This document shows, piece after piece, positions 28,515-36,512 of a DNA stretch of 64,000 bases. The stretch comes from Candidatus Woesearchaeota archaeon (GTDB taxonomy: Archaea; Nanobdellota; Nanobdellia; Woesearchaeales; ARS49). The translations under genes were made by a program, and so were the position numbers. Where the stretch lies: positions 14,256 through 78,255 of the forward strand of contig JASMHM010000005.1 of NCBI GenBank assembly GCA_030750765.1, in the 5' to 3' direction. A model generated the notes under the pieces. It worked only from the letters and a program-made list of their open reading frames with translations, was not told the DNA's origin and made no database searches. How positions within the stretch are numbered: position 1 is the first letter of the stretch; every line of letters begins with the position of its first letter.

Positions 28515-28925
28515 ATGGCTATGGTTACTGAGATAATCCCCACCAAATTTCCTGTGCAGGATGTTAAGGAGATGGACGCGCTTGTTAAGAAGGGAGTCTT
28601 TATTTCTAGAAGCGATCTAATAAGAAACGCTGCTCGAGAGAAAATGAGGGAAGTTAAGAGTCCAAATGAGTTTGAGCATGCAGTAAGGGTAATGGCTGCA
28701 AAGGGCGATTTTTCCAGCCTAGAGGGTCGGACCTTAGCCTCGCTTTTCTTGAATCCGGAAAAACAAGGTTTTAATCCTGCTGAAAAAAAGGCTATCTCCA
28801 AACTTCTTCGTCATCCCTTTAAAATTCTCAAAAAGATTGGAAAAAAAATAGCACTGACAGATAATGGCCAAAGCGTTGCTAGAGGCTATCTGAAGGGCTT
28901 GGCCTTTGCTCAGACACTCGCATGA
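28515..28925 (+). CDS. ribbon-helix-helix (CopG/Arc-like) domain protein
   Basis: N-terminal DVKEMDALVKKGVFISRSDLIRNAAREKM fits the RHH beta-strand plus two-helix pattern. Confidence 0.4.
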   Translation: MAMVTEIIPTKFPVQDVKEMDALVKKGVFISRSDLIRNAAREKMREVKSPNEFEHAVRVMAAKGDFSSLEGRTLASLFLNPEKQGFNPAEKKAISKLLRHPFKILKKIGKKIALTDNGQSVARGYLKGLAFAQTLA

Positions 28926-29176
28926 CCTCCGTGGAAGGAAAGGATCTAGAACTTTTTTGCAAAACTGCTAAAACTATTTTCAGAAAAGGCCATCTAACGC
29001 TGGATGCTTTGCTACGATTTGTTGGTTCAAGAGACCATCGTAGAGATAAAAAGATACTAGAGAAACTGTTTAAGCTTGGATTGCTCGTTAAGCACCGCTC
29101 AGATACTTATGAACTTTCCAGCATTGGCAGAATGTTCGCTATGGACCGGTGCGAATGGTTTAAAGAGCGAAAGTAA
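28922..29176 (+). CDS. hypothetical small protein (possible wH)
   Basis: ORF overlapping the previous stop. Ends exactly at the att-like repeat. Confidence 0.25.
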   Translation: MTSVEGKDLELFCKTAKTIFRKGHLTLDALLRFVGSRDHRRDKKILEKLFKLGLLVKHRSDTYELSSIGRMFAMDRCEWFKERK

Positions 29177-29194
29177 ATCACCGCGGACCATCCA
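29176..29194 (+). repeat. direct repeat of the tRNA-Ile 3' end (aaatcaccgcgg-accatcc), attR-like
   Basis: About 17 of 19 nt identical to the tRNA-Ile 3' end at 27214-27233 (aatcaccgcgggaccattcc), with one G missing. Confidence 0.45.
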
Positions 29195-29200
29195 TTTCTT

Positions 29201-29584
29201 TCACAATAGAACTGCGTTCTTGAATCTCTTAAAATGCGGGTCGCCTGTGAGTATTTTGGCGTTGGCTTGTTTGGCGTTGGCCGCAACAAACGCGTCCAGC
29301 ATGCCAAATTCTTTTTCCTTCTTTTTTTCCTGCAACGTGAATCTTTCCTGCCTCTATGCTCGTATCTTGCTCAAGCGGGTCAACGGCGGAGAGACTGTTT
29401 ATTCCCTGGATGGCAATGTCTGAATTTTTGCCATTGCGTTCAAATTTGCTAACTATCTCTGCAACCGTGGCAGAAGACGTAATGATGTGGTGGTCTGCCT
29501 CCACTATCGCCGCCACCTTTTCCCCTTGTCAGAGCCATCTAAATACTCTATTCAGACGTAGACATCAACGACGTACTTAGTCAT
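29201..29584 (-). pseudogene. vapC: VapC (PIN-domain) toxin pseudogene, disrupted by at least two frameshifts
   Basis: ATG overlaps the AbrB stop (cATGActaa). It reads MTKYVVDVYV then a stop. The middle (AAIVEADHHIITSSATVAEI...) and the PIN C-terminus (EFGMLDAFVAANAKQANAKILTGDPHFKRFKNAVLL*) lie in two other frames. One shift coincides with an A7/T7 homopolymer at 29325-29331. Confidence 0.5.
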
Positions 29585-29783
29585 GATTACCTTCCATCCA
29601 TTTCTCATCCTGGGCAGTGAAAGGTCCAATTCCTCTTGCAGCACCAAAGAAACTTTTTTTCACTAGTTGCACGGTTATCTTTACGTGCTGTCCTGCGGTG
29701 AGTCCTTCCAATGCAATGATTTCCTTTGGGACCGTGGCAATCAAAGAACTGCCTGCCTTTCTCAATGTGGTGATACTTTCCAT
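29577..29783 (-). CDS. AbrB/MazE (SpoVT-AbrB) family antitoxin-like DNA-binding protein
   Basis: LRKAGSSLIATVPKEIIALEGLTAGQHVKI is a swapped-hairpin AbrB motif. Sits immediately upstream of the VapC remnant. Confidence 0.6.
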   Translation of the reverse strand: MESITTLRKAGSSLIATVPKEIIALEGLTAGQHVKITVQLVKKSFFGAARGIGPFTAQDEKWMEGNHD

Positions 29784-29813
29784 AGGACTTTATATGATTG
29801 TAAGTTATAATAC

Positions 29814-30314
29814 GTGTTTGGTTTTTACCATGGAGGATCAACACATCTTTTTATTCCGTGCGCGTCTTGCGGTGTTATGCCTGAACTCCTCACATGGTTG
29901 AAAGAAGCCGCCCCTGCGGACATTCAGAAAGAGTTTTTAGCATGTCCCATAGGGTTAGATGATGGGATCTCTTTCTTGTATAGGCTGAAGAGTGTTCCGT
30001 TGGGTTTGGCGAGCGTGGAGATCTGTCGTGACGTGCGTAGGATATTGTGGCATGCTTTCCGTCCTTTGCACGAAGTAGACTTGGATAGTTTTGGCGGGTT
30101 TGGCCTTGGCACGCTTGCGCATTGTGAAACGTTAGTGTATCTGTACACAGATGTTCGAAAAGGGTACACGATGGGGCATCAGGGAACTCCCGAAGATCTA
30201 AGAATGCGTCATCTTGGTTTCATGGGCATCGACTCTTCAGAGGAATTGCCTATTGATGAATACACACGCCGATCGTTTGCGTTCGCGACAAAGAAAGGTT
30301 TTGATTACTCGTAA
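29814..30314 (+). CDS. hypothetical protein
   Basis: ORF only. Confidence 0.25.
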   Translation: MFGFYHGGSTHLFIPCASCGVMPELLTWLKEAAPADIQKEFLACPIGLDDGISFLYRLKSVPLGLASVEICRDVRRILWHAFRPLHEVDLDSFGGFGLGTLAHCETLVYLYTDVRKGYTMGHQGTPEDLRMRHLGFMGIDSSEELPIDEYTRRSFAFATKKGFDYS

Positions 30315-30357
30315 GCTTAGAAACGTTTATAAACCGCCGAAGAGCTTTTTAGGGTAT

Positions 30358-30430
30358 GCCCCTGTAGCTCAGCCGGTAGAGCGACAGACTGTTAATCTGT
30401 AGGTCGGCAGTTCGAGTCTGCCCGGGGGCG
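30358..30430 (+). tRNA. tRNA-Asn (anticodon GTT)
   Basis: GCCCCTG/CGGGGGC acceptor, D-arm GCTC-AGCCGGTA-GAGC, anticodon stem ACAGA/TCTGT with loop CTGTTAA, T-arm GGCAG-TTCGAGT-CTGCC, discriminator G. TATA tttataaa at 30326-30333. Confidence 0.8.
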
Positions 30431-30448
30431 TTGGAATACAATCTAGAA

Positions 30449-30685
30449 ATGGATAGTGTGGTCAAACGCATTAAGGATGAAAAGGCAAAAACGGTTTGCG
30501 TCCAGCTACCGGACGGTCTGAAGACCCAAGCTGGCGAGATCGCTCAGCAGTTAGAAACATCTACTGACGCCACCATCCTGATCTGGTTGGGTAGTTGTTT
30601 TGGCGCGTGCGATCTTCCCTTAGAGGTGGAAGGTCTAGGCGTGGATCTGCTCGTCCAATGGGGTCACGCTGAATGGAATTTCTAG
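30449..30685 (+). pseudogene. dph2: truncated diphthamide synthase Dph2 fragment (N-terminal ~78 aa only)
   Basis: MDSVVKRIKDEKAKTVCVQLPDGLKTQAGEIAQQLE...ILIWLGSCFGACDLPLEVEGLGVDLLVQWGH matches the Dph2 N-terminus. The frame stops after 78 codons and the next ORF is an unrelated membrane protein. Confidence 0.5.
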
Positions 30686-30999
30686 TGTTATGGGGCTTGC
30701 TTGGCTTTCCTGCCGGCATTCTCGTGGCACAATACGCTAAGGACGAGATGGGTGGAGGCAGAGGCTGGCTTTTCTTGCTTAGAGGGTTACTGTTTGGTAT
30801 CCTCGCATGCGTAGGTTTGTTCGCCTACTTCGGATGGTATGGTCTTTTGCTCATTCCAGTAAGCATGTTCCTGACAGGATGGCTCAACAAGGGCGTGGAC
30901 GTACTCCTTATTTTGGGAATAATCTTTCTGAGAAGTGATCTACTCGTTGCTAGCTTGTTATTCTTGTACGGCTTGCCTGCTGGTTCGTTGTGGGACTAA
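30673..30999 (+). CDS. small membrane protein, hypothetical
   Basis: Three predicted TM helices. Confidence 0.3.
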   Translation: MEFLVLWGLLGFPAGILVAQYAKDEMGGGRGWLFLLRGLLFGILACVGLFAYFGWYGLLLIPVSMFLTGWLNKGVDVLLILGIIFLRSDLLVASLLFLYGLPAGSLWD

Positions 31000-31298
31000 G
31001 CTGCTTTATTACCTTCTACTCTTGCCACTATTTCTTGAACATCTCGGTCTGTGTTGTTCCTTTGTTGATGTATTTCCCTTCGTATATCTGCGATGCGTGC
31101 GCTGCGCTTTCTAATACCTACCTCAAAAGAACGTATCGTATATTGTAGGTCAACTAGGTTTTGAGCATATACTGGATTTCGTTGCAGCTTCGCAAGGGCG
31201 TGGGTCTCTCGCTGTTGCGTGGCGACCTCCTCTTCCAGTTTCTCCTCCAAATCCAGTAAACGCTGTACAATGGTAATTCCTTTCTTGAAGAACGCCAT
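30996..31298 (-). CDS. hypothetical coiled-coil protein
   Basis: ORF only. Confidence 0.3.
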   Translation of the reverse strand: MAFFKKGITIVQRLLDLEEKLEEEVATQQRETHALAKLQRNPVYAQNLVDLQYTIRSFEVGIRKRSARIADIRREIHQQRNNTDRDVQEIVARVEGNKAA

Positions 31299-31373
31299 AC
31301 CCTGCAGGAGTGGTACTCCTTTAAAACGTTATCGTGAGAAACATTTAAATACGTCCACGGCTGGCTAGCGTCC

Positions 31374-31727
31374 ATGGCGATGGTGATGTACGACTGGATC
31401 TATGGTATCTCGCAAATCGCAGCAGTAGTCCTATCGTGTATTGCAGGACTCATAGCTCTTTACATCTTTAAGGATGCACGAAAACAAGAATTGTTAGGCG
31501 CGTGGAAGCCCATGTGCGCAGCTTTGGCCTTGTTTGCCGTCGAGGAGCTTTTGGGTTTGTTTAGAACATTCGACGTCTACGGCACTGCAGCCTTCAGCTG
31601 GGTGCCTGCGGGTATGGTAAGATTTTTGACCACTGCCGCAACGCACATCCTTCCTTTCTTCATACTCATGCTTCTTATCGCAGCTCTCATCAAGCAAATC
31701 AACATTAAGAGGGGGTGGGTGGCGTGA
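31374..31727 (+). CDS. small membrane protein, hypothetical
   Basis: Three to four predicted TM helices. Confidence 0.3.
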   Translation: MAMVMYDWIYGISQIAAVVLSCIAGLIALYIFKDARKQELLGAWKPMCAALALFAVEELLGLFRTFDVYGTAAFSWVPAGMVRFLTTAATHILPFFILMLLIAALIKQINIKRGWVA

Positions 31728-32041
31728 TATTGCAGTCCTTTGCTGAGGTGGGGCCTATCTACAACCTTATCCTGGTTATAGTCGTGATCGTGCTCTTTGT
31801 TAAGCTCTTAAAAGCAGAAGCTTACCAGCACGTGTACACTAAGCCTTGGAAGCTTATCTTTATCGGCGTCATAATTTTCGTGGTAGAAAGCGTCATCACT
31901 GTCTTAAGAAACCTGTCTGCTACAGGTGTTGGCAGGCACATTAATGGCTTTTTCGAGTTAGCCATAGTAATACTGTTCATTCACGCCTTATTATTACAAA
32001 AAGAAGACATGAAGCAGGCGCAGCTGCTTAAGACTGAATAA
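31715..32041 (+). CDS. small membrane protein, hypothetical
   Basis: Three predicted TM helices. Overlaps the previous stop. Confidence 0.3.
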   Translation: MGGVILQSFAEVGPIYNLILVIVVIVLFVKLLKAEAYQHVYTKPWKLIFIGVIIFVVESVITVLRNLSATGVGRHINGFFELAIVILFIHALLLQKEDMKQAQLLKTE

Positions 32042-32051
32042 GACTATAACA

Positions 32052-32059
32052 TTTATATA
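32052..32059 (+). promoter_or_regulatory. TATA box (tttatata) 26 nt upstream of the GTG start of giant protein 1; leaderless arrangement
   Basis: The same box and spacing occur before tRNA-Ile, tRNA-Asn and the giant-3 operon. Confidence 0.5.
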
Positions 32060-32084
32060 CCCGTACGACTGCCGCATTCTCATT

Positions 32085-35000
32085 GTGAAAAAAAGGGGGA
32101 ACCGTTATCACATCTTGATACCGGTAGGTTTAATAGTCGTATTTCTAGCTAGCGCTCTCGCTGTCATAGCCGAGTACCAAGTACCTGCAGGACAGTGCGG
32201 TGTTGAAAGAATGCTTGTCGGTACACGCGTCACTCCGGGTACGGTCATAATCTTGTTCGGAGACGGTACAAGAACGTGCCAATACCCTCGAGACATTCCT
32301 CACCCCTCAGACATCGTTGACACTAACTGCGCGTACGTTGTCAAGGCGGGCGGCAAGAAGTTCTCATGTTACCAAGAGGTGCGAGAGCGCGTACGAACCG
32401 GTTTCCCTATCCACAACGCGTACTGTGGAGACTGTCCATTGTGTTCAGAACCTAGATACGAATGTGAGGGCATGAACGGTGAGATAACGTGCTGTAATGA
32501 GGCAGCACCGTACTGCCTCAATAGTGCAGAGCCAAACTCGCCACCGTCTTGTGCACGATGTCCGATGTACCCAGATCCGACGGGTAGCGACCCCATGTCT
32601 GGTCCGCAGGAAAAACCGGGTATAGCTTGCGGAAATTCAGGATGTTGTGATCCGTACAACGAACGATGCTACCAAGGAACATGCGCTCCTAAGTGCATGC
32701 AAGGAGATCCTATGGCCGGAATGCCTGCAGAGATAGAGTGTGGGGCTAACTGCTGCGAGAGTGACCAAACTTGCAGGAACGGAAAGTGCATCAACCCTAA
32801 CTGGTGTGAAAAACGAGAACAGACCAAATGTGGTGAAACCTGCTGCGAGTGGGATGAGGAATGTAACAACGGAGAATGTGAAGAATTGGGTTGTGCTAGC
32901 GGTCGAAAACACCGTTCTAACTCGTATCACTGTTTTGACGCCCACCGTCAAGGGATCTACAATCCTTTCGCGCTTGACGAAGCGTGTGACGCTAAAAGGA
33001 ATCCTAAACGGTTCTTCATGTCTGGAAGAGCAGATTACTACAATAGGGTCTGCTGCACCGAGAGAAGTTCCATGTGCTGCCAGGAAGGGTATACTGAAAG
33101 CATATGTGCAGAGCTCGGATGGATGGATCCTTCAGATCCTTTCCTAAAACTTCCCAAGGCTAACGATCCTCCACACCTTCAATGGTCTCCTATTATGGGT
33201 GGATCGCAATACGCATCGTGCGCCGGACATTTGGTGAACTTGATGGACCTTCGCGCTAGGTGCTTTCCGGTCTACACAGGTTCATGGGTAGCAATTATGC
33301 ACTCTCAAGGAGAGCGAAGAATGACTACTGATACCCAAGGCAATAAGCGTTCTGCGGTAAGCTGCTGTGTGAAGTATCCCGAACCAGAGGAGGTACCCTT
33401 TGAGTGCCCGCCTGATCCCTTCACCTTCCTGCCAACAGCCAAATGCGGCGAGTTCAATTGCTGCATGGAGGGTGAGAAGTGTGAGAACGGCGAATGTGTC
33501 GTTCCGTTTGAGTGTCCTATTGATCCGATGACGAATGTGAAGATGGCTAAGTGTGGTGAGGATAATTGTTGCATGGCCGGTGACACCTGCGAGAACGGCC
33601 AGTGTGTTCCGCCTGGTGATCGTGATCGTGATGGTGCTCCTCCCGGTCCGCCTAGGTGTCCTCCTGATCCTTACACGGGTAAGCAGCTCGCATGTGGTGG
33701 TACAGGACCTTGTGAAGGCAAGGATCTACTCGGTAGATCACAACACGTTTGTGGGGCAGGTTGCTGTGCTTCTGGACAAAAGTGTTTGGAAGAAGGTTGC
33801 ACCAAGACAAAACAAGAAGTCACCACTACGATAGCTCTAGGCAGTTCCTACACTACGGGTGATTTCCGTGTGTTGTTCGAGAGTGTGGATGCTCAGTACG
33901 CAAATTTCAGAGTGTTCAAACAAGATGAGGATAAGGGCCGTCTCCGTGTGGCTAAGACGCCCCCAGCCGAAGGAAGCAAAGCGGGCGTAGGCATCAGCCT
34001 ACTCAAATTGGAGGAGGGCTCTGCTCCTCAATCCACTCCCAGCACGGTAAGCAATGCTGTGACGGGGTGTCAAACATTAAGCAAACAAAATACGGTATAC
34101 ACGCTGACCCAAGATGTGGTGGCCGATAAAGGTTGCTTCGTGGCCAAGGGACAAGGTTCAACGTTGGATTGTGGGGGGCATACCATACGTGGCAGTGGTC
34201 AGGGTGCAGGCGTGAGAATCGAGACGTTTATGGGTGGATTCACCGTCAAAAACTGCAAAATCACAGAATTCCAGACGGGTATCGAGGTGGTCACGCACAC
34301 GCGAGGTGTGGTTTTGGAAAACAACGAACTTTTCAAAAACACCGAAAATGGGGTAAATTCTGGAGTCCACAACTGGGATGTGCAGTTAACGAACAACAAC
34401 GCGTATGACAACGGCAAGAACGGTTTCCAATTCAACGACAACTCTTACCGCGCCCTGGTAACCAACAACCGAGCAACCAACAATGGTGGGGGAGGTTTTG
34501 TATGGTTACACAACTCATACGATCCGGTATTCAAGAACAATCAAGCTTCAGGACACCCGTGTGACTATCGCTTCGCAAGTACTGTGGCCAAGTTTGGCCG
34601 CACGGTTATCTTCCAAAACAATATTGGGAAAACTTGTGGACTTCCGGGAGCGCCCACTCCTACTCCACTACCATCCAAGACGGTATGCACCGCTGAACAA
34701 CTGAAAATAACCCATGTGGCTATAGGCGTGCGGGATTATTACAGAAAAAGCCCTATTGAGGGTGTCACAGTATACGTCAGCCACAAAGGTAAGGGCTACA
34801 CCGTGACGTCTAAGCGTAACGGTGATGCGGTGGTTGATCTTGGCATTCCCACGTGGTGTGGTATGGTGCAAGGCACACTCAAGTACCTAGTGCAAATCCA
34901 GCACTACGGGTACGCAAATTTCCGACAAACGTACAATCGAGCAGGCGTGTCTGCATTACTGAGACTAGATGATGACAGAATGTTTATGACTGGGGCAAGC

Positions 35001-36437
35001 GTGACAGGTATGAGCATACTAGACACGCCACTTGAAATGAGCGTGCGCTTCACCGACAAGGCAACCGGAGCGCCCCTTCCTGGCATTCCTGTGAGCGTCA
35101 TTGAGGTCGTGCACAACGGTCCTCCTATTAAGACAACGTACCACTCAACTCGTTCGGACGGAAGCGTTAAAGTCTCACAAACGCCATCATCTCTGGGCAC
35201 ATCATTCTGGTTCGTGGCAAAGTCTGCTGACCACACAATCCATCCCCTGCCAATCTACATTACCGGACCCCTCACTACATCACAAGCGCTCTCCAAACCT
35301 GAGAATCCTTCGTTGTGGGATTCGGGTAAGGCCGTCTTCACCACCTACACCAAAAAGGACGATAAGGTTGTCCGTCTCCGGGCTAAGCTCACGTATTCCC
35401 TTGCTGACGGCCAAAAAGTCCAGGCCACGGCCAACAGCCAAGGAGAAACTACCTTCACGTACAAATGGGATACCAAAGGCGAGATCATCAACGGAAAGAA
35501 ACTTACCTCCAACAGAATTCGAACAGCTGCAGCCATAGGTAGGATAAAAATAGAGATGTCTGGTTACAAGACTAGAGATCTGGGTTCGGGTATGTGGTTG
35601 GGCAAGATAAGCAAGATCAACCTGAACATGGAGCCAACGTCAGGGTCAGGAGGTACCGTTAGTCCTCCACCGCCTCCCGTGCCTCCGCCTACACCTCCTC
35701 CGGTGCCACCGCCTAGTCCTACACCTCCTCCCACACCTCCTCCCGTACCGTCACCTACTCCGCCTCCCACACCTCCACAGCCGCCAGGACCGGATGCCAA
35801 GAAATTGCTAGCCACGATCAAGATAACCACAGAAACGGAAGAGTGCATACAAACAACCTGCGCAGAGCTCTGTCCTGCAAACCACATCAGCTGCGGAAAT
35901 AGCTGCTGCGGACCAGAACAAAAATGCAGTGATGGCGCATGTGTCGTCAAGGAGGATTGCGGTGGCGTACTCTGTCCTTCTGGAGAGGTTTGCATCAACG
36001 ATATTTGCGCGTTGGCGTGCGACGAGAAAGAAACCCGGTGTGGTAATGCCTGCTGCAACCGAGGACAAGAATGCTTCCAAGGAAGCTGTCTCAACAAGCC
36101 CTGTCCGACACTCAAGGGCGACAGACCAACAACTGCCTGTGGGGGAACATGCTGTGGTCCTAATGAGTATTGTGAATCCGAAAGATGCCAGCCAATGTGT
36201 GATGGACAAGGAGCAGGCACTCCCGTGCCGCCAACCCCTCCTATCCCTCCTACGCCTCCCGTTCCACCCACGCCGCTTACAGGCCAAGAGCATTGTGGAG
36301 TTATAGAAGGACCTATACCTGGACCTAACGGAAACGAGGTCTGTCAAGGGAAGAACTTACAATGTAAAGAAATTGAATATGTCCTTCTTGGTGATACTTC
36401 CTCACCCTCCTTAGCAAGTTGTGACAAAACCTTTTAG
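32085..36437 (+). CDS. giant secreted cysteine-rich surface protein 1 (1450 aa): signal/TM, Cys-rich modules, parallel beta-helix, Ig-like domain, Pro-rich linker, Cys-rich modules
   Basis: GTG start. N-terminal hydrophobic helix ILIPVGLIVVFLASALAVIA. Recurrent C-G-x-x-C-C-x(5-7)-C-x-x-G-x-C modules. PbH1-like repeats (CGGHTIRGSGQGAGVRIE...NNELFKNTENGVNSG...NNNAYDNGKNGFQFNDNS...NNRATNNGGGGF) at ~34050-34640. Domain SFWFVAKSADHTIHPLP...TTYTKKDDKVVRL...KWDTKGEIINGKKLTS...GMWLGK is shared with giant 2. PPPPVPPPTPPP linker at ~35660-35790. No C-terminal anchor. Ends at a single TAG that is in frame with giant 2. Confidence 0.7.
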   Translation: MKKRGNRYHILIPVGLIVVFLASALAVIAEYQVPAGQCGVERMLVGTRVTPGTVIILFGDGTRTCQYPRDIPHPSDIVDTNCAYVVKAGGKKFSCYQEVRERVRTGFPIHNAYCGDCPLCSEPRYECEGMNGEITCCNEAAPYCLNSAEPNSPPSCARCPMYPDPTGSDPMSGPQEKPGIACGNSGCCDPYNERCYQGTCAPKCMQGDPMAGMPAEIECGANCCESDQTCRNGKCINPNWCEKREQTKCGETCCEWDEECNNGECEELGCASGRKHRSNSYHCFDAHRQGIYNPFALDEACDAKRNPKRFFMSGRADYYNRVCCTERSSMCCQEGYTESICAELGWMDPSDPFLKLPKANDPPHLQWSPIMGGSQYASCAGHLVNLMDLRARCFPVYTGSWVAIMHSQGERRMTTDTQGNKRSAVSCCVKYPEPEEVPFECPPDPFTFLPTAKCGEFNCCMEGEKCENGECVVPFECPIDPMTNVKMAKCGEDNCCMAGDTCENGQCVPPGDRDRDGAPPGPPRCPPDPYTGKQLACGGTGPCEGKDLLGRSQHVCGAGCCASGQKCLEEGCTKTKQEVTTTIALGSSYTTGDFRVLFESVDAQYANFRVFKQDEDKGRLRVAKTPPAEGSKAGVGISLLKLEEGSAPQSTPSTVSNAVTGCQTLSKQNTVYTLTQDVVADKGCFVAKGQGSTLDCGGHTIRGSGQGAGVRIETFMGGFTVKNCKITEFQTGIEVVTHTRGVVLENNELFKNTENGVNSGVHNWDVQLTNNNAYDNGKNGFQFNDNSYRALVTNNRATNNGGGGFVWLHNSYDPVFKNNQASGHPCDYRFASTVAKFGRTVIFQNNIGKTCGLPGAPTPTPLPSKTVCTAEQLKITHVAIGVRDYYRKSPIEGVTVYVSHKGKGYTVTSKRNGDAVVDLGIPTWCGMVQGTLKYLVQIQHYGYANFRQTYNRAGVSALLRLDDDRMFMTGASVTGMSILDTPLEMSVRFTDKATGAPLPGIPVSVIEVVHNGPPIKTTYHSTRSDGSVKVSQTPSSLGTSFWFVAKSADHTIHPLPIYITGPLTTSQALSKPENPSLWDSGKAVFTTYTKKDDKVVRLRAKLTYSLADGQKVQATANSQGETTFTYKWDTKGEIINGKKLTSNRIRTAAAIGRIKIEMSGYKTRDLGSGMWLGKISKINLNMEPTSGSGGTVSPPPPPVPPPTPPPVPPPSPTPPPTPPPVPSPTPPPTPPQPPGPDAKKLLATIKITTETEECIQTTCAELCPANHISCGNSCCGPEQKCSDGACVVKEDCGGVLCPSGEVCINDICALACDEKETRCGNACCNRGQECFQGSCLNKPCPTLKGDRPTTACGGTCCGPNEYCESERCQPMCDGQGAGTPVPPTPPIPPTPPVPPTPLTGQEHCGVIEGPIPGPNGNEVCQGKNLQCKEIEYVLLGDTSSPSLASCDKTF

Positions 36438-36512
36438 GCGCACACCGGGCAGGGTAAGTTTAGAGCGGCATGCTGCACTACGCGAGATCTATCTTGTAAG
36501 AATGTTAGAGGT

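Noticed and set aside
29076-29452. Plus-strand ORFs 29076-29423 and 29234-29452.
   Set aside because: They overlap the minus-strand VapC pseudogene frames, which show recognisable PIN residues. No independent support.
35564-36347. Long antisense ORFs (235 aa, 179 aa) rich in Gly/Pro opposite giant gene 1. Similar ones sit opposite giant 3 (e.g. 51562-52052, 55045-55833, 55909-56922, 57412-57876).
   Set aside because: They mirror the Pro/Gly/Cys low-complexity coding repeats of the sense strand, which are stop-poor in all frames. They have no start context or promoter, and the sense genes have clear domain content.
36435-36437. Genome-wide amber (TAG) recoding, e.g. to pyrrolysine, as the explanation for the in-frame TAG between the giant ORFs.
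   Set aside because: TAG is used as a normal terminator for several conserved genes in this window (17316-17318, 20285-20287, 25678-25680, 47880-47882). Local read-through or a nonsense mutation remain possible and are reported as a finding.
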